Source of the DNA: Escherichia phage SME50
DNA length: 64,000 bases
Sequence record: MT887289.1
Direction: 5' to 3' (one strand)
The translations under genes and the position numbers were made by a program. Below the pieces are notes generated by a model. It worked only from the letters and a program-made list of their open reading frames with translations. It had not been told where the DNA came from and searched no databases. This document shows positions 58,363 through 64,000 of this stretch, in pieces; within the stretch, counting starts at the first letter, position 1; each line of letters opens with the position of its first letter.

Positions 58363-59747
58363 TATGCCTCCCCTGCTGGGTTAACTGTAACTGTTGCCGC
58401 ATTAGATGTTACAGAGCCACCTGCACCAGTCACTACACAAGTGTAGCTTCCTGCATCAGCAGCAGTTGCACCTTCTTTGGTGTAAGTTGCAGTCGTTGCG
58501 TCTGGGATGACTTCCTCACCTTTCTTCCACTGGTAACCTGTTGCACCAGTTGCCACAACATTCAGCGTTAAGGTCTCACCTTCAGTGATTTCTTGATTGG
58601 CTGGTTGTTGAGTGATGACTGGAAGAGCATTAACGGTAACAGTTGCAGCATTAGATGTTACTGTTGTACCACCTGCACCAGTAACTACACAGGTATATGA
58701 ACCAGCATCGGCAGGGTCTGCTTTAGCTTTCGTGTAAGTTGCACCAGTTGCACTAGGGATGTTCACATTATCTTTCTTCCATTGATAACCTGTTGCACCT
58801 GTGGCCTCAATACTCAGCGTCAAACTGCCACCTTCATTGACTACTTGGTTAGTTGGCTGCTTGGTAATAACTGGCAAAGCATTTACCGTGACAGTTGCAG
58901 GGTTAGAAGTAACAGAACCTCCAGCACCAGTTACAACGCAAGTGTAAGAACCTGCATCTGCTGGAAGCGCACCAGATTTGCTATAGTTAGCATTTGTAGC
59001 TGATGGGATGTCAGAGCCATCTTTCTTCCATTGGTAGCCTGTTGCACCTGTTGCAGTAACTGATAAGTCAATGTTTCCACCCTCATTAATGGTCTGGCTA
59101 GAAGGTTGCTGTGTAATCACAGGCAGTGCGTTCACAGTAACTGTTGCTGCATCTGAGGTGACACTTGTTCCACCATCTCCAGATACAGCACAAGTGTATG
59201 AACCAGCGTCAGAAGGTGCTACAGATTGTTTTGTATAGGTTGCAGATGTGGCACTGGAGATATTCTCACCATCCTTCTTCCATTGATACCCAGTGGCATT
59301 AGTTGCGAGAACACTTAGGGTAAGTGCTCCACCTTCATTGACTGTTTGGTTTGTCGGTTGCTGAGTAATTACTGGTGGCTTAATGGCATCCTTCAACTTA
59401 GCATTCAACATTGAGAACGGTTTAACTCTTGCCAACCATTCACAATACACTGTGTCAACGTCTTTACCATTGATAATTGCATATTGTAAATCCATGAAGA
59501 AGTCAGAAGTTCTCATTTGAGCACCGACGCTGTAAAGCAAATCATCACTAAAAGGAACTTTGTAGTCTGGTTTGTAGTCAAACTTCTTAACCTCTGCGAT
59601 ATCAGCTTCAGGCCAATATGAGCTATAGGTGAGTGGTAAAATAGCTTCTTGATATGTTCTAAAATCATATCTCTTACCAGCCTTTACATTTGCGATGAAG
59701 CCCTTCACAAATTCTTTGAAGTCTGGGTAAGTCTTTGCTTTAATCAT
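58362..59747 (-). CDS. Ig-like repeat protein (Hoc-like decoration/adhesin candidate)
   Basis: 461 aa; N-terminal domain paralogous to ORF 59744..60115; four tandem roughly 90-aa Ig-like repeats each with YQWKKDG...DAGSYTC...VTVNALPVITQQP. Confidence 0.65.
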   Translation of the reverse strand: MIKAKTYPDFKEFVKGFIANVKAGKRYDFRTYQEAILPLTYSSYWPEADIAEVKKFDYKPDYKVPFSDDLLYSVGAQMRTSDFFMDLQYAIINGKDVDTVYCEWLARVKPFSMLNAKLKDAIKPPVITQQPTNQTVNEGGALTLSVLATNATGYQWKKDGENISSATSATYTKQSVAPSDAGSYTCAVSGDGGTSVTSDAATVTVNALPVITQQPSSQTINEGGNIDLSVTATGATGYQWKKDGSDIPSATNANYSKSGALPADAGSYTCVVTGAGGSVTSNPATVTVNALPVITKQPTNQVVNEGGSLTLSIEATGATGYQWKKDNVNIPSATGATYTKAKADPADAGSYTCVVTGAGGTTVTSNAATVTVNALPVITQQPANQEITEGETLTLNVVATGATGYQWKKGEEVIPDATTATYTKEGATAADAGSYTCVVTGAGGSVTSNAATVTVNPAGEA

Positions 59748-60115
59748 TTCTTTTTAGCCTCTAAACGTGCGTTTAATCTAAAATAGCCTTTATGTTGTGG
59801 AGACACATCACCAACAACGATACCTTCAACTTTATAACCTTTACCGATTACATACTGGATATCCATAAGAAATGTACCAAGTCCTACAATGTGGAACATT
59901 GGATATAATAACTTATCTGAATCTGGGAGATTAATATCTGGGTTGTAGGTAGGTTGTTTACTAGTAGGTGTAATATCTTCTTCAGGCCATTTACTTAGTC
60001 TCCATGTCAAAGGTGTTGGGATAACATCATTAAGATTGTACCTCCCACCATTCTCCACGGAATGGATATAGGATTGTAGGAAGCAATAAAAGTCTTTTGC
60101 ACTCTTAGCTTTCAT
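59744..60115 (-). CDS. paralog of N-terminal domain of the Ig-like protein
   Basis: 123 aa; shared blocks KAK..DF, WPE.DI, SD.LLY, MD(I/L)QY.I..G. Confidence 0.55.
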   Translation of the reverse strand: MKAKSAKDFYCFLQSYIHSVENGGRYNLNDVIPTPLTWRLSKWPEEDITPTSKQPTYNPDINLPDSDKLLYPMFHIVGLGTFLMDIQYVIGKGYKVEGIVVGDVSPQHKGYFRLNARLEAKKK

Positions 60116-60162
60116 TAAATATCCTTATAAATAGATAAAGGGGCATTAGCCCCTGTTTATAC

Positions 60163-60753
60163 TTAAGCTTTGGTCTTAAGTAGGTTCTTAAGTTTTTTGA
60201 GATTCATGCTCTCGTCAAACTTAAAACCAAATCCATTGACATAATCAATGAACTCGGATTTCTTACTAAGTGATAGCGCGTAACTCATATCAAAGTTATT
60301 ACTTGTTTCTGCGTCTGGACTAGAGTTCACATCAAATGAAATTTCTGTAGGCTCTTGCTTGCTACTTCTCATATTATCAATTAATAGGCATGTATAGTTC
60401 GCTGGATAGAAGTTTGCACTGCCATCAACATACCCATACTTATTGTTGTGAATAAGGTTTGAAAATACCTTAAGAAATGTTTCTGAGTCGTGGCATACAA
60501 GTTTGAATTGGCTGCATTCTCCAAGAGCCACTAAAGAATAAGGGCTTTCACTATCAATGTCGTAGTTTGGATTTGATGTTGTAACCGTCACACGCATCAA
60601 GTTATTAGCAATAGTCTTCTGCTTGAAAGAATTTGGGACATAGTGAAGACCTCTATCACACTGATTAACTAACTCTTTAAGTAGGTCGTTTGCATATGGT
60701 GAATTAATTGATACAGAGCCATCACTATTATAGTTAAAACTTACTGTTAACAT
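60163..60753 (-). CDS. hypothetical protein
   Basis: 196 aa. Confidence 0.5.
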   Translation of the reverse strand: MLTVSFNYNSDGSVSINSPYANDLLKELVNQCDRGLHYVPNSFKQKTIANNLMRVTVTTSNPNYDIDSESPYSLVALGECSQFKLVCHDSETFLKVFSNLIHNNKYGYVDGSANFYPANYTCLLIDNMRSSKQEPTEISFDVNSSPDAETSNNFDMSYALSLSKKSEFIDYVNGFGFKFDESMNLKKLKNLLKTKA

Positions 60754-60980
60754 TTTTCAGTTCTCCTGCGATTTATGATTTTGCTGCAATAGAGAAACGA
60801 AGTAAACTCACTGGAAGAAACCATTAAGTGTTGTTCACTAGATTGAGCCATTGCCCTGAAATACATTCCAGTCAAAGCATCGTAGTGACTATTCTTTCCA
60901 ATTGAGGTTATATAGCTATGACTCTTTGCAGTTTTATATAAATCTATAATATCTGCGATTTCTAATTGGGAACTACACAT
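60747..60980 (-). CDS. hypothetical protein
   Basis: 77 aa. Confidence 0.35.
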   Translation of the reverse strand: MCSSQLEIADIIDLYKTAKSHSYITSIGKNSHYDALTGMYFRAMAQSSEQHLMVSSSEFTSFLYCSKIINRRRTEKC

Positions 60981-61221
60981 AGATAATCCTCTTGTCTTCT
61001 GTAATTTTGAAAGAACAGGTACAGACCAATTTCAGAGGATGAATAGTAGAGTAACTCTACCCTTTTTGATTCCTTACAGTGATTGGTATTTTTACCTTTC
61101 TTCGGGTTGTTTGATTTTCTCATTAAGTCTCCTTTGTAGAACAAGGCAGACCTACAGCTTTAAGTAAGATGGTACAGTAATCCATACAACAAGTCAAGAA
61201 CTATTGCAAGTTAAAAAAGTT

Positions 61222-61282
61222 GTTGACAAAGTACTTGACAAGGTGTAGGCTTATAAATACTTAGAAGATAACTTAAAAGGTT
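61222..61282 (+). promoter_or_regulatory. conserved early-promoter/regulatory motif (second copy)
   Basis: gttgacaaagtacttgacaaggtgt ... acttaaaaggtt; divergent intergenic region with probable minus-strand promoter ttgact-17-taccat about 61170..61200. Confidence 0.5.
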
Positions 61283-61372
61283 CCTCTAAAAAGGCTATTT
61301 AAACAGATATCTTTCTGGATATCTATCTTTTATCTTAAAAGCCTTTTAAGAGGTCTTATAAGAGGCATACCA

Positions 61373-61744
61373 ATGAAAAACAGAACAAACAAAGGCCAGT
61401 TTAAAAAAGGCCAGTCTGGTAACCCATCTGGAAGACCGAAAGGTTCTCGTAACAAAAGCTCACTTGTAAAAGCTCAACTGACCATTGATAATTCTGCTGA
61501 GTTTGCTGCAAAGTTGTTTGAAGCGATTGTTACAAGGGACGCTGCTAAGCTTGCAGAGTTCGGGTTAAACACAGATGACGTAACCATCAAGAGCATGATT
61601 GAGGTCGGTAAAACTATCTTTACTCACTCAGCAGGTGAGATGAAAGCACTTGCAGCAGACACTAAGAAGACTTCTGATAATGGTGGTCAGTCACAGACAG
61701 ATAACAAACCAACGTTCTCTGCTGTAGCGACTCTCAAAAAATAA
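61373..61744 (+). CDS. hypothetical protein with GNPSGRPKG motif
   Basis: 123 aa; basic N-terminus. Confidence 0.5.
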   Translation: MKNRTNKGQFKKGQSGNPSGRPKGSRNKSSLVKAQLTIDNSAEFAAKLFEAIVTRDAAKLAEFGLNTDDVTIKSMIEVGKTIFTHSAGEMKALAADTKKTSDNGGQSQTDNKPTFSAVATLKK

Positions 61745-61824
61745 TTTTAAAAGGTGTTGACAGACTCTACAAAGTTGCTCTAAAGTCTGTCACATCAACC
61801 AACAATGAGAGAAGAGAGTAAAAT

Positions 61825-63240
61825 ATGAGCGAATTATTTAAACATGCGCACCTTCATGCAGGTCGAACTGAAAATGGTGCTGTAAACCATACTTCATCAA
61901 TGTCTGCTCTGGTAGACTTCTACAAAGCCGCTGGCTCAAGCCGTAGCAATGTAGAAATCTTACCAGACCTGTTCTACAAAGCTTTGCGTGAGGATGTTGA
62001 TGTTGCAGTTCGTATTTTACTGCATATGCGAGATGTACGAGAAGGTATGGGTGAGCGTAAAGCTTTCCGAACTGTTTTACTTCAAGCGATTGAAGATAAG
62101 GTTTTAGAACCTACACAGGTTCTTCGCATTATGGATAAGATTGCAGAACTTGGTCGTTTTGATGACTTCAAAATCTTTGTAGGTACTCGTTTTGAGACAG
62201 ATGCCTTCAAACATTTAGAAGCAGCATTACTAGACCCTGCAACAGCAGGTTTAGCGGCTAAGTGGTTACCACGAGTAAAACCACGCCACAAACAGTTTGT
62301 AAAACGTTTCTGTAAGTTTGCAAACTTAAGTGAGAAGGAGTATCGCACACTGTTATCTGCACTGTCCGATACGGTTGAGCAAAAAATCTCTGCTAATGAG
62401 TTTGGTAAGATTGACTACAGCAAGATTCCTTCACTCGCTGCTGCACGTTACCAAAAGCTCTTTAACCGTAAAGATGGTGAACGTTACAAAGCTTATATCG
62501 AGTCACTCTCAAAGGGTGAGGCTAAGATTAACGCTGGTGCCGTTTACCCATACGATGTGATTAAATCTATCAAGTATGGTAATGCAGGTGTTGCTAATGA
62601 GCAGTGGAAAGCACTACCAAACTGGATGGCAGAGGGTGAAAACATCTTGTGTATGACTGATGTTTCAAGCTCAATGTCTTGGGTGAATCTTGGTTCAATC
62701 ACTGCCCTTGATATTGGCGTATCACTTGCCTTGTATGTAGCAGAACGCAATACAGGTTGCTTTAAGAATGAGTTAATGGTTTATTCAACAAACCCTCACT
62801 TCATCGAACTGAGTGGTGATTTGAGAAACCGTCACCGTCAGGTAATGCGTCATGTTGAATATGGTTCAACTAACTTACAAGCAGCTTTTGACCGCATTCT
62901 TGAAATAGGTAAGAGAAACAACTTGACTCAGAAAGATATGCCAAGTAAGCTTATTATCTTCTCTGATATGGAGTTTAATCAGGTTGATGGTGCAAATGGT
63001 CGTACAAACTTTGAAGCAATTCAGAGTAAGTACAAAAAAGCTGGATACGAAATGCCACAACTAGTATTCTGGTACTTAGCAAACCGTAATGGTACTTGCG
63101 AAGTATCTGTTAAAGATAATGGTGTAGCAATGGTATCAGGGTTCTCTCCAGCCACTTTAAAAGCTCTGCTTGGTGGTGAGAAGTTTGACCCAATCAGCGT
63201 AATGCTCAAAGCAGTAATGATTGACCGTTACATCTGGTAA
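61825..63240 (+). CDS. vWA-like domain protein (MIDAS motif)
   Basis: 471 aa; MIDAS-like DVSSSMS; conserved N-terminal TENGAV...LHMRDVREGMGERKAFR block. Confidence 0.5.
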   Translation: MSELFKHAHLHAGRTENGAVNHTSSMSALVDFYKAAGSSRSNVEILPDLFYKALREDVDVAVRILLHMRDVREGMGERKAFRTVLLQAIEDKVLEPTQVLRIMDKIAELGRFDDFKIFVGTRFETDAFKHLEAALLDPATAGLAAKWLPRVKPRHKQFVKRFCKFANLSEKEYRTLLSALSDTVEQKISANEFGKIDYSKIPSLAAARYQKLFNRKDGERYKAYIESLSKGEAKINAGAVYPYDVIKSIKYGNAGVANEQWKALPNWMAEGENILCMTDVSSSMSWVNLGSITALDIGVSLALYVAERNTGCFKNELMVYSTNPHFIELSGDLRNRHRQVMRHVEYGSTNLQAAFDRILEIGKRNNLTQKDMPSKLIIFSDMEFNQVDGANGRTNFEAIQSKYKKAGYEMPQLVFWYLANRNGTCEVSVKDNGVAMVSGFSPATLKALLGGEKFDPISVMLKAVMIDRYIW

Positions 63241-63258
63241 AAAGTTTCAAAAAGGGTA

Positions 63259-63287
63259 TTGACAATGTGTTTGATACCCTTTAATAT
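63259..63287 (+). promoter_or_regulatory. sigma70-like promoter upstream of tRNA cluster
   Basis: -35 ttgaca, 17-nt spacer, -10 taatat; embedded in inverted repeat gggtat...ataccc. Confidence 0.55.
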
Positions 63288-63349
63288 GTTCTACATAGAA
63301 ACGAAATGAGAGCTTTTCTAAGATACTGAAAAATATTTTAAAAAAGTTC

Positions 63350-63378
63350 TTGACAATCACTAAAAAATAATGTTAAAG
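63350..63378 (+). promoter_or_regulatory. second putative promoter upstream of tRNA cluster
   Basis: -35 ttgaca, 17 nt, -10 ttaaag. Confidence 0.4.
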
Positions 63379-63405
63379 TGGTTACATAGAGTTTGAAAAG
63401 TTTAT

Positions 63406-63482
63406 CTCTGTTTAGCTCAGCTTGGTAGAGCGTTCCGTTTGGGGCGGTAAGGCCGGAGGTTCAAGTCCTCCAACAGAGACCA
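63406..63482 (+). tRNA. tRNA-Pro (anticodon UGG), CCA encoded
   Basis: hand-folded cloverleaf: acceptor ctctgtt/aacagag, D-arm gctc...gagc, anticodon loop tttgggg, T-arm ggagg-ttcaagt-cctcc; one U-U mismatch in anticodon stem. Confidence 0.6.
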
Positions 63483-63489
63483 AATTAAT

Positions 63490-63567
63490 GTTCCAGTAGA
63501 CAAAACGGTAAAGTCACCACTCTTTCAAAGTGGATATTTGAGGGTTCAAATCCCTTCTGGAACGCCA
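63490..63567 (+). tRNA. tRNA-Glu (anticodon UUC), CCA encoded
   Basis: acceptor gttccag/ctggaac, anticodon stem ccact/agtgg with loop ctttcaa, T-loop ttcaaat. Confidence 0.65.
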
Positions 63568-63658
63568 GTTTTGACAGAAGACCAATTGCAGCAAACTTAA
63601 TCTTATTCATCTGACACGAAATCGGACAAAGAAGATATTTGGTCTGGTCATTAAGAAT

Positions 63659-63735
63659 TGCGGGTATAGAGAAAGGGCGTCTCACATGTCTCATTAGCAT
63701 GGTATCGGCAGGTTCGACTCCTGCACCCGCCTCCA
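63659..63735 (+). tRNA. tRNA-Met family (anticodon CAU), CCA encoded
   Basis: T-arm gcagg-ttcgact-cctgc, anticodon stem catgt/gcatg with loop ctcatta; position 1-72 appears mismatched, so could be initiator-like or Ile2-like. Confidence 0.55.
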
Positions 63736-63812
63736 ATTTTGCAGAAGACCGTATTCAGCAACAAAATACTTTTTGCGGATAAAAGAAAAAACACGGTCTG
63801 GCAATGTATTAA

Positions 63813-63886
63813 GGTTAGGAAGCACATAAGGTATGTGCGGTCGCCTGTTAAGCGAATGGCACAGGGTTCGAATCCCTGACTAACCG
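63813..63886 (+). tRNA. tRNA-Asn (anticodon GUU)
   Basis: acceptor ggttagg/actaacc, D-stem gcac/gtgc, anticodon loop ctgttaa, T-arm caggg-ttcgaat-ccctg; CCA not encoded. Confidence 0.6.
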
Positions 63887-63898
63887 CAAAATTTAAAT

Positions 63899-63986
63899 GT
63901 GTCGTTATCCCGTAGATGGTAGCGGTGGGGACTGTAAATCCCTTGTCATTGAGACTCGGTAGGTTCGACTCCTACACGGCACACCA
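63899..63986 (+). tRNA. tRNA-Tyr (anticodon GUA), long variable arm, CCA encoded
   Basis: acceptor gtgtcgt/acggcac, anticodon loop ctgtaaa, long variable arm ttgtcattgagactcgg, T-arm gtagg-ttcgact-cctac; resembles bacterial tRNA-Tyr. Confidence 0.7.
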
Positions 63987-64000
63987 ACACTTAGCGAGAT

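Noticed and set aside
60962-61144. 60-aa minus-strand ORF at start of the minus block
   Set aside because: Borderline length, low-complexity; lies in the divergent promoter region.
63568-63658. An additional tRNA gene in the spacer between tRNA-Glu and tRNA-Met
   Set aside because: No T-loop consensus or cloverleaf could be folded by eye; only a long terminal hairpin.

Overview
This window reads as a gene-dense segment of a large virulent tailed dsDNA phage; a Gram-negative host is inferred from the overlapped spanin-like pair, lipobox proteins and a signal-peptide lytic transglycosylase. All calls rest on reading the six-frame translations and the DNA by eye; no database search was run. Layout: a tail fiber gene (1..2259); a minus-strand block (2941..13792) with thymidylate synthase, DHFR, DNA ligase and a family A DNA polymerase, interrupted by two homologous repeat loci built from (NNACC)n pentamer arrays and covarying hairpins; a long plus-strand block (14020..44602) with dNMP kinase, primase-helicase, NrdA/NrdB/glutaredoxin, an NrdD split by a group I intron carrying an HNH endonuclease, NrdG, an rIIA/rIIB-like pair, a lysis cluster and a macro-domain protein. 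The most interesting candidate is a Prs-like plus Nampt-like gene pair (32839..36031) that looks like a phage NAD+ reconstitution counter-defence module. Other notable features are an array of 16 small plus-strand genes (45110..51614) each preceded by one of two conserved leader cassettes, a 1.6 kb ORF-free iteron-rich region (51676..53240), a minus-strand block with T4-type lysozyme and an Ig-repeat protein, and five tRNA genes at the 3' end.
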